Shown in pieces: positions 34,546 to 48,900 of a DNA stretch of 64,000 nt. The translations under genes were made by a program, and so were the position numbers. The notes under the pieces are model-generated. The model saw only the letters and a list, made by a program, of their open reading frames with translations, was not told the DNA's origin and did not search any database. Origin of the DNA: Macrostomum lignano (Eukaryota); contig NIVC01001129.1 of the NCBI GenBank assembly GCA_002269645.1, positions 1-64,000 on the forward strand. Direction: 5' to 3'. Numbering within the stretch: position 1 is the first letter of the stretch; each line of letters begins with the position of its first letter.

Positions 34546-35074
34546 TACAAGTCTGAAAATCGCATCAACAATGACCCTGACGGCCTACACAAAACAAAGT
34601 GAATCCTGAAGACTTTATTTAACATCAAACAGGAAAGCGCCGAGGTTGCACTGCAGCTGAGGTGTCAGGTGTTCAAAAGTCGGCATTAAAAAAATTGCTC
34701 ATTAAAACACAGGGCGCTAAGCGGTCCAAAATTTGGGTCATTAATTTAAGCTTCTTAATTTTTTGTTGCTGAGAAAGTCATCTGTCGCCGACTGTAAACC
34801 CCACCGCAGAATCTTCTTGGAGATTTTCTGACGAAATGGGTCCTCCTCTGATCTCGGCGCAGAAATCTGAAACATTTTGTCGTCAAGAACTGCAAGAAGC
34901 TTTCTATCGAAATTAAGAAAACAATTAAAAATGCATGGGATGGCAGTTGTCGGCAGACTGTCGGCGGTGGGTCGGTTATGACACGCAGAAAGGCCTCTGT
35001 ACCAGCTGGTATTTTGGTACTCTCCGCTATTAATGTTTCAACATTCAGCACGGCTGTTGAAACATCTCCCCAAT

Positions 35075-35940
35075 TCTAGGGGCGCCAAATATAGGGGCGC
35101 CAACTACAGAGGCGCCAACTATAGAGGGGCCAACTGAACTATAGAGGCGCCAATTATAGAGGCGCCAACTACAGAGGCGCCAACTATAGGGGCGCCAATT
35201 ATCTCGGCGCCAACTATCGAGGCGCCAAACTATAGGGGCGCAAAACTATAGGGGCGCCAACTATAGGGGCGCCAACGTTTAGAGGCGCCAACTATAGGAG
35301 CGCTAACTCTAGGGGCGCCAACTATAGGGGCGCCAACTATAGGGGCGCGAACTTTTAGAGGCGCCAGCTATAGGGGCGCCAACTCTAGGGGCGCCAACTA
35401 TAGGGGCGCCAACTATAGGGGCGCCAACTATAGGGGCGCCAACTTTAGAGGCGCCAAACTATAGGGGCGCCAACTAGAGGGGCCCCAACTTTTAGAGGCG
35501 CCAACTAGAGGGACGCCAACTTTAGAGGCGCCAACTATCTCGGCGCCAACTTTAGAGGCGCCAAACTATAGGGGCGCCAACTAGAGGGGCGCCAACTAGA
35601 GGGGTGCCAACTTTTAGAGGCGCCAACTAGAGAGACGCCAACTTTAGAGGCACCAACTATAGGGGCGCCAAGCTATAGGGGCGCCAAACTATAGGGGCGC
35701 CAACTTAAGGGGAGCCAACTTTTAGAGGCGCCAACTATAGGGGCGCCACCTAGAGGGGCGCCAACTTTTAGAGGCGCCAACTATCTCGGCGCCAACTTTA
35801 GAGGCGCCAACTATAGGGGCGCCAACTTTTAGAGGCGCCAACTAGAGGGGCGCCAACTTTTAGAGGCGCCAAAGGGAAGCGCCAAACTATAGGGGCGCCA
35901 ACTAGAGGGACGCCAACTTTAGAGGCGCCAACTATAAGGG
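35075..35940. repeat. 16-18-bp GGCGCC-core minisatellite
   Basis: (GGCGCCAACTATAGGG)n and (GGCGCCAACTTTAGA)n. Confidence 0.95.
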
Positions 35941-36454
35941 CGTCTTGATAGCGTCTCCTGTATCTTGGAGGCACACTAGCATTTCAAAAAATCCCTTTCC
36001 ATCTGTCCAATCGTTCCGATTGTAAAAATATCCATAGCGCGGCAGGCGCATGGCCGGGGGTCACGTTTTGCGCTTGAAAAACGATGCTGGCAAACCAATT
36101 AAGCTATGGAACAGGGCAACGTGGCGGTGTGGGGGGGGGAGGGTTAGCGCTCCGGAGGGACACCACAAGTTTCCCACACCATGCCCAGGGTCCCAGGGTT
36201 CGGTTTGCGAGAATAGCTGCAGGTCTCTGGGGTGAGATAAAAATGAAATTATGCTATTTGGCGTGCTTTTATAGAGTTATGGCTTTTGGTTGGCAGGTAA
36301 GCATGAGCGCTGTTTAGGTAGCAGACATGAGGTCGTTTAGAGGTTGGCGCCCATGTGCTGGTGTAGTGACCGTGGCTCATCTGCTCTGACAATGACTATC
36401 ATGAATTTTCTAATCTTGAATGAAAATTTCAATGCTGTAGAAAATAACTTCACT

Positions 36455-36772
36455 GGCGCCGTTCTGTAGCTGGCGCCCACTCTCTGTAGCTGGCGCCCAC
36501 TCTCTGTAGCTGGCGCCCACTCTCTGTAGCTGGCGCCCACTCTCTGTAGCTGGCGCCCCTCTGTAGCTGGCGCCCCTCTGTAGCTGGCGCCCCTCTCTGT
36601 AGCTGCAGTGCCCCCTCTCTGTAGCTGCAGTGCCCCCTCTCTGTAGCTGGCGCCCCTCTGTAGCTGCAGTGCCCCCTCTCTGTAGCTGCAGTGCCCCCTC
36701 TCTGTAGCTGGCGCCCCTCTGTAGCTGCAGTGCCCCCTCTCTGTAGCTGCAGTGCCCCCTCTCTGTAGCTGG
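36455..36772. repeat. 17-20-bp minisatellite
   Basis: (CTCTCTGTAGCTGGCGCCCA)n and (CTCTCTGTAGCTGCAGTGCCCC)n. Confidence 0.93.
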
Positions 36773-37059
36773 CAGTTACACCCAGTTTTCTTCACATCTC
36801 TAGAGCTTCCCTTAAATTTTTAGGGTTAAACGCAACACATTGCATGGGTAGTTTCGAGTCATTTTGAACCGAAATATCGAGGAACTCATAAAATTCTTGA
36901 CGCAAAATATGTCTGAAAGATTTCCACTTTAAATATGCAGACCATAACGTGTTGGCTAAAGGCGTTATAATACTCGTAAATATGTTTTTTTGACGGAGGT
37001 GGAACTCAGAGCGCACAGACAGTTAAATCGAGGCGATGCCTTCCGATGCGAAAGGGTAA

Positions 37060-37645
37060 AGAGAGGGAGGGGAAGGAGGGTAAAGAAAGGGAGGGGAAGG
37101 AGGGTAAAGAAAGGGAGGGGAAGGAGGGTAACGAAAGGGAGGGAAGTATTATAGAAAGAATGAAAGGAGGTTAAAGAGAGGGAGGGGAAGGAGGGTAAAG
37201 AGAGAGAGGGGAAGGAGGGTAAAGAGAGAGAGGGGAAGGAGGGTAAAGAGAGAGAGGGGAAGGAGGGTAAAGAGAGAGAGAGGGGAAGGTGGGTAACGAA
37301 AGGGAGGGAAGGATTATAGAAAGAATGAAAGGAGGGTAAAGAGAGGGAGGGGAAGGAGGGTAAAGAGAGAGAGGGGAAGGAGGGTAAAGAGAGAAAGGGG
37401 AAGGAGGGTAACGAAAGGGAGGGAAGGATTATAGAAAGAATGAAAGGAGGGTAAAGAGAGGGAGGGGAAGGAGGGTAAAGAGAGAGAGGGGAGAGAGGGT
37501 AAAGAGAGGGAGGGGAAGGAGGGTAACGAAAGGGAGGGAAGGATTATAGAAAGAATGAAACGAGGGTAAAGAGAGGGAGGGGAAGAAGGTTAAAGAGAGG
37601 GAGGTGAAGGATAAGAGAAAGAGGGTAAGAGGGGAAAGAGGAGAG
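37060..37645. repeat. Purine-rich minisatellite
   Basis: (GGAGGGTAAAGAGAGAGAGGGGAA)n with a recurring GGATTATAGAAAGAATGAAA block. Confidence 0.93.
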
Positions 37646-38149
37646 GAAACCAGCGACAAAAGAAATCAAACAAGGACGAGTATTGAAACTCTAAATAAGT
37701 AAATTCCGAAATGAGAACAGATCCAGATACCGCAGCCATGATAGAGATTGGCCCCGGCATATTACCCTTAAATTGCGAGCGTAACTTAATTGAGAATTTA
37801 GTTCAGCACGTAATAATGTAAAGAGTCCAGCGAGAGTAGGCGGTGGTCCTGCAGTGTTATGAAATCATGCAGCAACCCGTGGGAAGAAAACCCTTTTTTA
37901 ACTAACTTCGCTCGCACTGCAGTTAAACAACTGTTTCTTTTTAAATCTTTTAACAGATTTTTTAAACTACGTAGGTAAGCTGGCGACGTGGCTTAAAAGT
38001 TATAATTATTTCTTTTTTTAAGTTGCATTTTTCGCCGTTCGATGGTTACCAACAGCCTCTTTTACTGTACTGACTTTGCTTTTGCGCTGCTCGATAACAC
38101 CGTGTAATAAATGAACATTGTACATATATTGTCTATGAGTATTGTCCAT

Positions 38150-38282
38150 TCATGGCGATACAATGTCTATAATTTATAGCGATACAATGTCCATTCATGG
38201 CGATACAATGTCCATTCATGGCGATAAAATGTCCATTTATGGCGATACAATGTCTATTCACGGCGATACAATGTCCATTTCG
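38150..38282. repeat. 21-bp short tandem array
   Basis: (GCGATACAATGTCCATTCATG)n, about 6 copies. Confidence 0.88.
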
Positions 38283-39089
38283 AGGGCTACTAATAGGAAA
38301 ATGTCCACTGATGTCACCAGAATGTCCACTCACGTGCGAAGCGTCTATAATTGGCACTATAAATGCCTATTTAATTAGGAAGCTAAAATGCCTAAAACAC
38401 TTGCATATTGGCAATCTGGAACCAGAGATTCCCAGTTTGAAGTTTACAATTTTATCAAATCCCCATAAAAATTTTTGACGCCCACAAGATCAAACTTTCC
38501 CTGCTCTTGTCGATGAACAATCTAAGTCTAGAAAAGTAGGTAGGGAGTGGAAGTATGACACACCGGCAGTCAGCACAGCCATCAGACTATTTAGGGTGTC
38601 CTAACAAAACAGCAGCAGTTTTAAAACAGTGAGTGGTAAAGCCGCATGAAGCAGAGAGAAGGAGGGGTTGGGCCAGGGGGCCCCGGGGTGGTAATAAAAT
38701 CCATAATAAGCGTGTCGCCAAGGGCGCCGCCACTTGAAGAAGCGAGGAGAGAGAAGAGAGCGAGTGACTGAGCTTACAGCCGCCTCCATCAAATATATTA
38801 TTATACACATGCATTTTCGCACACTGCAGGAACTGGTTGACCACAACTGAGCAGTATAAAATGCAGTATATTGCTTGCTCACAGCGTCGGCACAATATTA
38901 TTAGTGCCCAGTGCGATCATGTAAAAAATAAAAGCCACCCACCCACTGAAGGGATTTTTATCGCTTAATGACACGCCGGATTTATAAGCCGCTAACTTTA
39001 TTAGACCACTTGAAGTTGACCGCCTAATTACTGGATTGTACCTGAGAAACACACGGGACTGCGAAACCATGCTGGGCTTTTTCATGAGT

Positions 39090-39612
39090 TCTTCCCCTCC
39101 CCTGTTCCTTCCGCTCCCTACCCCTCTGTTCCTTCTGCTCCCTACCCCTCTGTTCCTTCCGCTCCCTCCCCTCTGTTCCTTTCGCTCCCTACCCCTCTGT
39201 TCCTTCCGCTCCCTCCCCTCTGTTCCTTCCCCTCCCTCCCCTCTGTTCCTTCCGCTCCCTCCCCTCTGTTCCTTCCGCTCCCTCCCCTCCGTTCCTTCCG
39301 CTCCCTCCCCTCTGTTCCTTCCGCTCCCTCCCCTCTGTTCCTTCCGCTCCCTCCCCTCTGTTCCTTCCGCTCCCTCCCCTCTGTTCCTTCCGCTCCCTCC
39401 CCTCTGTTCCTTCCGCTCCCTCCCCTCTGTTCCTTCCGCTCCCTCCCCTCTGTTCCTTCCGCTCCTCCCCTCTGTTCCTTCCGCTCCCTCCCCTCTGTTC
39501 CTTCCGCTCCCTCCCCTCTGTTACTTCCGCTCCCTCCCCTCTGTTACTTCCGCTCCCTCCCCTCTGTTCCTTCCGCTCCCTCCCCCTCTATTCCTTCCGC
39601 TCCCTCCTCTCC
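39090..39612. repeat. ~22-bp pyrimidine-rich minisatellite
   Basis: (CCTTCCGCTCCCTCCCCTCTGTT)n. Confidence 0.95.
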
Positions 39613-39973
39613 TTTTCGATTTTTTTACCGAAACGAAAAAAGTAACGTGTTTGGAAAGAATGCCAACTGAATAATTAATGACATAATTAGGAGTTTATAT
39701 CGATAAAAATCAATCAAATCTGTATTAATATAATTTTACATTTGTACAATAGTCGCATAGCAAAATAAGATTCACAATGGCACCATTGATTATATTGAGA
39801 CACAAAAAGCAGCATATAATACTGCTATTGAGAATTTATCTATTGGTACAGAATAAAAAAGATTATATTCCTAAGCTAGTAATTGGAGCTACTGTAAGTA
39901 AGAAGCAGAAATTACAAGTAAATTGCAATCGTAAATGAATAATTTTTTTGAAAAATCTCAATAAATGAAATAA

Positions 39974-42900
39974 TCAAAATTTCACTACGGCCTCCTCTGC
40001 AGCCCCGAACAAAGACTTCAAATAGCGGTCGAACCGAACCAGCAGCTGCCAGGCGTCTCGCGACAAAGACGAGGACTCGCCGTTTGCTTCGATGACGCGA
40101 AAAGTCAGCAAATCCAATGTTGGTAGAGATTTTATTGACAAGCGTAGCTGGCAATTTGGCGCCATTTCAAATCCGTAGTGCCAGCATTCATTAGCCGTAG
40201 CATTAGCCAATTCATTAGCCGTAGCATTAGCCAATTCATTAGCCGTAGCATTAGCCAATTCATTAGCCGTAGCATTAGCTAATTTATTAGCCGTAGCATT
40301 AGCCAATTCATTAGCCGTAGCATTAGCCAATTCATTAGCCGTAGCATTAGCCAATTCATTAGCCGTAGCATTAGCCAATTCATTAGCCGTAGCATTAGCC
40401 AATTCATTAGCCTGAGAATTAGCCGGCTGGTTAGCCACCGACAGCCGGAACCGTTCCAGCCGACCAGCGGACACAGCGGAACCAGGCGGGCACCGGATGA
40501 ACGAAGCGCCGGGCAAGTCCAGCGAGCACCAGCAACCGTTATTAAGCACGCCCGACTCAACCGGCGTCCTTAGCAACGGGCGAAGTAGATCGGCTAAGCC
40601 CAGCCGGATCGAGCTCAGCTGAGCAGTCAGCGGGCGGCACTCCATCCCGGATGTGCAGTCGAGACGGATGGCCAGAAGAAACGGCAGCGGCCGATGACAG
40701 GCAACGCGCAGGCCGATGTTCACCTCAACGAGGCTTTCCGAGGCTGACTGATCCGACGGAGTGGGCAGTCGGAGCCGTGGCAGATGGACAGTGTCTACGG
40801 TTGCTATGCGGCTGGCTTCCCCGGCCAGATCGTCCTCGCTAGCAGCTTCCAAGCCTGCTGGCGTCGAGTCCGACAGGTCGGCGGTGTCAGGATGAGTGCT
40901 GAATGTCAGGTCCACGGCCAGCAGGTCGGATTCGTTGAGCAGCTCGGAGGTCCGACGGCACTGAGGCGGGGACGGTTAGAGGCAAACGATGAGTTAGAAT
41001 GACTATAAATAGCCTCGAATGACCAATAATGACCTGATTACATGTATCATACATGACCCAGAATGATCATACATGACCCAGAATGATCATACATGACCCA
41101 GAATGATCATACATTACCCAGAATGATCATACATGACCCAGAATAATCATAAATGACCTAGAATGATCATACATCACCCAGATTGATCATACATCACCCA
41201 GAATGACCATAAATGACCCAGAATGATCATACATGACCCAGAATGATCATGCATGACCCAGAATGATCATGCATGACCCAGAATGATCATGCATGACCCA
41301 GAATGATCATACATGACCCAGAATGATCATACATGACCCAGAATGATCATAAATGACCCAGAATGATCATAAATGACCCAGAATGATCATAAATGACCCA
41401 GAATGATCATAAATGACCCAGAATGATCATACATGACCCAGAATGATCATACATGACGCAGAATGATCATACATGACCCAGAATGATCATGCATGACCCA
41501 GAATGATCATGCATGACCCAGAATGATCATGCATGACCCAGAATGATCATACATGACCCAGAATGATCATACATGACCCAGAATGATCATAAATGACCCA
41601 GAATGATCATAAATGACCCAGAATGATCATAAATGACCCAGAATGATCATTAATGACCCAGAATGATCATACATGACCCAGAATGATCATACATGACGCA
41701 GAATGATCATACATGACCCAGAATGATCATACATGACCCAGAATGATCATAAATGACCCAGAATGATCATACATGACCCAGAATGATCATACATGACGCA
41801 GAATGATCATACATGACCCAGAATGATCATACATGACCCAGAATGATCATAAATGACCCAGAATGATCATAAATGACCCAGAATGATCATAAATGACCCA
41901 GAATGATCATTAATGACCCAGAATGATCATACATGACCCAGAATGATCATACATGACGCAGAATGATCATACATGACCCAGAATGATCATTAATGACCCA
42001 GAATGATCATACATGACAAAGAATGATCATAAATGACCAAGAATGATCATACATGACCCAGAATGATCATACATGACCCAGAATGATCATACATGACCCA
42101 GAATGATCATACATGACCCAGAATGATCATACATGACCCAGAATGATCATACATGACCCAGAATGATCATACATGACCTAGAATGATCATACATGACCCA
42201 GAATGATCATACATGACCCAGAATGATCATACATGACCCAGAATGATCATACATGACCCAGAATGATCATACAAGACCCAGAACCAGTTAGCAAGTCCTC
42301 ACCGTCAGTCTAACGGGCACAATGAGCACAGTCTCAGCGTCACTGTTTGTCAATTCGCAATCCAAGCCAGACTGCTCAGTCAGCAGGTTGAGCTCAACAG
42401 GCGGCTCAGCCAGCAGTCGCATCTCTGGCATGGCCTGACTTGCTGTGGGCGCAGCAACCGCCAGACTAGTTCGAGTCCGATGACTCATAGCACCCGATTG
42501 ATCGGTGATTACAAAGTTCTTCTGAGCAGCAGAATCCACTCCAACGGCGGTGGAGGACTCGAACACAATCGAAGCCAATTTCTGAGCAGGCATATAACTA
42601 GCCAGTGAGTAGTATAGCTGAGCTCGAGATCTCACATCGATATCAACGTACAGATCGGAGTCGCCAGGCCCAGCCCAGTGCGCCAGCACTCCGCACAGAT
42701 TCGCCAACAAGCCGGCATCAGTTTGCAATCGATGCCAATGAGTTCGAAACACTGACCGACTAACGTCCAGAATGAGGTGGCCGCACAGCCAGAGGTTCGA
42801 ATCTTCAATACTGGTAGCTGGGGGAGAGTTGTACTGATCGGAATTGATTGAGGCTAACTGAGCCAGACAGTCTACGATTGGCTGAGGCGGTATCCGACTG

Positions 42901-45900
42901 TACATGGCTGCCCGGTTCAGGATGGTCATATAGCGGCCCAGGGACTGCCTGTCCGCCGCATTCTCAGCGCTGTTGATGGCTACCCAGTCGCACAGCTCTG
43001 AGTAGGCCTTGATAATTGATTGATGGAGTAATTATTCATTAAGATGGTTAGGGCATCTGATAGATTTAGAATCTGAGTGACTGATTTAAAACGAGTGACA
43101 GAATTAGGAGAAGCCGAGAGTGACAGAATTTGATGGAGCTGAGAGTGACAGAATTTGATGGAGCTGAGAGTGACAGAATTTGATGAAGCCGAGAGTGACA
43201 GAATTCGAGAAAGCCGAGAGAGTGACAGAATTTGATGAATCTGAGAGTGACAGAATTTGGGAAAGCCGAGAGTGACAGAATTTGATGGAGCTGAGGGTGA
43301 CAGAATTTGATGAATCTGAGAGTGACAGAATTTGGGAAAGCCGAGAGTGACAGAATTTGATGGAGCTGAGAGTGACAGAATTTGATGAAGCTGAGAGTGA
43401 CAGAATTTGAGAAAGCCGAGAGAGTGACAGAATTTGATAAAGCCGTGAGTGACAGAATTTTATGAAGCTGAGAGTGACAGAATTTGATGAAGCTGAGAGT
43501 GACAGAATTTGATGAAGCTGAGAGTGACAGAATTTGGGAAAGCCGAGAGTGACAGAATTTGATGGGGCTGAGAGTGACAGAATTTGATGAAGCTGAGAGT
43601 GACAGAATTTGAGAAAGCCGAGAGAGTGACAGGTTTTTTGAAGCTGAGAGTGACAGAATTTGATGAAGCTGAGAGTGACAGAATAATTTTATGAAGCCGA
43701 AAGTGACAGAATAACTGAATAAGGCAACTTGAGTGACAGAGGAATGCAGTTTCAATGAAGCAGAGTGACAGAATTTGATGAAGCCGAAAATGACAGAATT
43801 TGATGAAGCCGAAAATGACAGAATTTGATGAAGCTGAGAGTGACAGAATTTTATGAAGCCGAAAATGACAGAATTTGATGAAGCCGAAAATGACAGAATT
43901 TGATGAAGCCGAAAATGACAGAATTTGATGAAGCCGAAAATGACAGCATTTGATGAAGCCGAGAGTGACAGAATTTGATGAAGCCGAAAGTGACAGAATA
44001 ACTGAATAAGGCAACTTGAGTGACAAAGGAATGCAGTTTCAATGAAGCAGAGTGACAGAAAAGCCAGTGTAGACTGCCGCTCACCTGATAGGGCAAATCC
44101 GAGTCAGGAAAGTCCTGAGTGACGCTGTCCAGAAAGTCCAACAGATGCTCTGCAAAAGCCAGGTTGGCATTGATCATGCTGATGAGCATCTGCCGAATAT
44201 CGTCGCCAAGCACACTGGCGTGGTGTCTGGCAAACACTGCGTACAGGCTGGCAAAGAACGCCACGGCGTGTCGGCCCCGACCGCCAGATTTCTGAGCTGG
44301 CCGGCTGAGACTGACCAGAGTGCCCATCAGGCAGGCTGAGGCCTCGTCTGCGGGTTGGATTGAAGGGATCGGGTTTTGTTTTATACAGACATTGGCGCCT
44401 CGAAACTGAAGTTCAGACTGGCGTCATGGCAACGGAGGTTTGATGCTAAGGCGACGCTCTCTCGGTAGATTCGCTCTGTCTCCCTTCCTGCCTCCCTCCC
44501 TCCCTCTCCTGCCTCCCTTCTCTTGTCTCCCTCTTTCTCTCCTGCCTCCCCCCTCTCTCTCCTGCCTCCCCCCCTCTCTCTCTCCTGCCTCCCCCCCTCT
44601 CTCTCTCCTGCCTCCCCCCTCTCTCTCCTGCCTCCCCCCTCTCTCTCTCTCCTGCCTCCCCCCTCTCTCTCTCCTGCCTCCCCCCTCTCTCTCTCCTGCC
44701 TCCCCCCTCTCTCTCTCTCCTGCCTCCCCCCTCTCTCTCTCCTGCCTCCCCCTCTCTCTCTCTCCTGCCTCCCCCTCTCTCTCTCTCCTGCCTCCCCCTC
44801 TCTCTCTCCTGCCTCCCCCCCTCTCTCTTTCCTGCCTCCCCCTCTCTCTCTCTCCTGCCTCCCCCTCTCTCTCTCTCCTGCCTCCCCCCTCTCTCTCTCT
44901 CCTGCCTCCCCCCTCTCTCTCCTGCCTCCCCCCTCTCTCTCCTGCCTCCCCCCTCTCTCTCTCCTGCCTCCCCCCTCTCTCTCTCCTGCTTCCCCCCTCT
45001 CTCTCTCCTGCCTCCCCCTCTCTCTCTCCTGCCTCCCCCTCTCTCTCTCTCCTGCCTCCCCCTCTCTCTCTCTCCTGCCTCCCCCTCTCTCTCTCTCCTG
45101 CCTCCCCCTCTCTCTCCTGCCTCCCCCTCTCTCTCTCTCCTGCCTCCCCCCTCTCTCTCTCTCCTGCCTCCCCCTCTCTCTCTCCTGCCTCCCCCCTCCC
45201 TCTCTCTCCTGCCTCCCCCCTCTCTCTCTCTCCTGCCTCCCCCCTCTCTCTCTCCTGCCTCCCCCCTCCCTCTCTCTCCTGCCTCCCCCTCTCTCTCTCT
45301 GCCTCCCCCTCTCTCTCTCTCCTGCCTCCCCCCTCTCCCTCTCCTGTCTTCCTCTTTCTCTCCTGTCCCCCTCTTTCTCTCCTGCCTCCCTCTCACTCTC
45401 TTGCCTCCCTCTCACTCTCCTGCCTCCCTTTTTCTCTCCTGTCTCCCTCTCCTGTCTCCCTCTCCGTCTCCTCTCTCCCTCTCCCTTACTGTCTCCCTCT
45501 TTCCTATCTTTCTCTGTCCCCTTTCCCCCTCTCTCTTCTGCCTTCCTCTCACTCCTGTCTCACTCTCCGTCTCCTCTCTTCTCTCCCCTCTTTCCGGTCT
45601 ATCTCTGTCACCCTTTCTTTCCCTTAATCTCCTCTCACTGGGATATCTCACTATAGTATAGGTATTTAGGTGCGTGGCCAACCATGCACTAACAGTACTA
45701 CTAACAAGTGTGCATTTACATTCAGTACAAGTAGTATAGCAAGCATAGTCGACTTTTTGTTCTAAAAAATTACTGCACTCTAGATATCACTATGATGCAA
45801 GAGCGAACACTGATTAAACCTGTTTGTGCCTTATCCGCAATCATTTGTACCTGGTAAAGATAAATAACCATACTATTAATCTATCACCAAATACAGGCAT

Positions 45901-48900
45901 TGAACACCATGAAGTGCAAAAATAGAGTAAAATAATTTACTAATAAAATTTTTCAATAAAAATTATAGACCCATTTTAGGACTCATAGTAAAATAAAATA
46001 AATCACGATTTAAATGATCTGTTAGTAACCAGACAGCTAAAAACTTTCGGGGGCTCAGAGTTGTTAAATTGTTAGTAAACAGTTGTCTTCAATCCTTAAA
46101 ATACAGAGTACGCACATCATACCTTTCAATTTGTTTAATTCTGAAATAGCGATATTCGCATTAGCTTTTAAAAATGTAAAACGAAAACCAATAATTAACA
46201 CTACTATCCTCTAGTTTTAACACGCAATCAATATACCCAGAAGAATATCCAGATAACGCACACAACAGTCATAAAAGCACACTCCTAACTAGTGTACACA
46301 ACAGATCTAAAAGTACATTCACTCAATCTACCTAAAAGTACAAATCTAGCTAGTGTAAACAGTGAACCTAAAAGTACAGTTGTAGTCCCAAAAGTACAAG
46401 ATCAATAATGATAAAATACATAAAGGTACATTTACTCAATAGAACTTAAAGTACAACATAATACACCTAAAAGCACAAATCTAGATAGCGTAAACAGCGG
46501 ACCTAAAAGTACATTTGCACTCCCAAAAGTGCAGGATAAGTGATAATAAAACACATAAAAGTACATTCAATCAATATATATAAAAGTACAAGATACACAA
46601 TACACCTAGAAGTACAAACATAGTTCTCCTTGCATAAATATAGACACAAACCGATCGCAGACACCCCAAACTCACCTGAACTATCCCTTGGCGCAAATCG
46701 CAAACTTAACAATCGAACTTTAAGCACCCGCAAATCGACAGGATCGAATACGCCGGGAAACAGGGCGCCGACCAGCTGTCGGGACGCCGGCTCAGGAAAT
46801 GTTTCACCGTCGGGGCCAGACCGGCCAAGTCTCAGATGCGGATAATTAGCCAAGCAGTGGCACATGAGCAGCCTGAGCGGTGTGGCGAACAGAGGCGAAC
46901 AGGCCACCCGCTGCATGGACAGAGCCAGACGGTCGCATCCGTGCTCATCTGAGCAGCCGAGCGCAGCTAAGCCGAACTGATGCCGCAGCCCGGCCAGGGC
47001 CGACAGAACCGTCACGTCCCAAACTGGCAGGCGTCGGTAGAACGCCGTTCGAAGTCCCCGTCCGCCCAAACCGACAGCGTCCAGGAGTCGACCAACCGAT
47101 CGACAAACGGCAAAGAAAGCTCTCGGCGATAATCGACCGGCGTCTAGGGCGCCGATCAGCTGACCGATGGCGCGGCAGAGCTCCGGCGAGTTGCTCGATA
47201 ATGACGATGGAGGCGAGGGCGACAACTCGGACATTTGCGACTGCGGAACCGGAGCGAGCCAGTGGCGTCCGAGCAGTGGCTGAATGGACGAGAGCGACAT
47301 GGCCGGCAGAGACTCGACGCGGCTGTTAAGGCGATCGTCGGACCAGCTGCCTGTGTCTCTGTGGGAAGGGACGATTTGGAAGAGACATTTCTATACTTTA
47401 ATAAAGAGTTTTACTTAGCTGCTTGATATCAGACCAAATTTGATATGTGACAGAGTGACCAATCTGATATGTGACAGAGTGACCAATCTGATATGTGACA
47501 GTGACCAATCTGATGTGACAGAGTGACCAATCTGATATGTGACAGAGTGACCAATCTGATGTGACAGAGTGACCAATCCGATGTGACAGAGTGACCAATC
47601 TGATATGTGACAGAGTGACCAATCTGATGTGACAGAGTGACCAATCCGATGTGACAAGAGTGACCAATCTGATATGTGACAGAGTGACCAATCTGATGTG
47701 ACAGAGTGACCAATCTGATGTGACAGAGTGACCAATCTGATGTGACAGAGTGACCAATCTGATATGCGACAGATTGACCAATCTGATGTGACAGAGTGAC
47801 CAATCTGATGTGACAGAGTGACCAATCTGATATGTGACAGATTGATAAATCTCATATGTGACAGATTGATAAATCTGATTACAGATAGATAAATCTGATA
47901 TGTGACGGATTGATAAATCTGATATGTGACAGATTGATAAATCTGATATGTGACAGATTGGTAAATCTGATGACCCGAGAAAATGGCATGAATGACTTAT
48001 GAAGTCAACAATGCCGCTTGCAAAATATTACAGTCTTCAAATTACTGAGTCTGTTACTAGATAAGTTTTTAAAATGTTTCTTGGAGAAACTTACGGAGTT
48101 CATCTTGAACGACTTAGACGTTTTTATTTCATTTTAAACTGACAAAAGTCTTGCAAATAATTTAGTTTTAGTGCATGACTTGACTAAATAACGTTTTTTA
48201 AGTTTTTAAGTGCGATGACGCACCAACACAGGAGTCGTTTAGGATCTACAAAAGAGCGGTTATATCCAGAATGACTAAGTTGGTTGGCATTCCATTCTAT
48301 TGTTTAATAGTTTGCTTCTATAATTGCCATCATTCAATGAAGACTTCAGCATAGAAGGAGTGCTTTGATTAGTGGCTCGAGTGAAATGCGGTCAGCGAAA
48401 CCCGAAACCGGTTCATAACTCTAAAGGTGAGTAAAGCAGAGTCCTCGGACATTGAACTTGCGGCCTTCAATACGGCGCTTCTGCTTCAGCCGGTCCGTCT
48501 ACAGACCCCAGCTCAACGGAATCTGACGCCGGCGTCAACGCCACCAACCGTTCGGCACAGTGTCCCGCCGACGCAGACGCCGAAAACATGCGGCACCAGC
48601 AGTCAACAGGGCAACCAGTCAGCGACCAGCAAATCTAGGACGCTGACGTCTACAGCCGCTCAAAATGGAAGACTGTTCACGGATGCTGACGATGGCACAG
48701 ACATTGACTGCATTGATCCAAGGTTGGGGGGGGGGGGTTTGCCGTTTGTGTCTCACCTTCCCGAGGTGGCAAGTGGACGAGATGCGCCCGCGCATCCTGA
48801 CAAAGAAGACGCACAGGAAAACCGGCACGGGGCGCAGCCCACGACGTAAGTCAGAACTGCACAACCGGCCCTTTTCATCAACGGCAGGTAGACATGGCCG

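Noticed and set aside
34755-35051. 98-aa minus ORF between two satellites
   Set aside because: No motif recognised, no ATG, and no link to the Wnt or AP5B1 exon chains.
44381-45681. 300-400-aa RERG / SLSP ORFs
   Set aside because: Low-complexity CT tract inside an AP5B1 intron.
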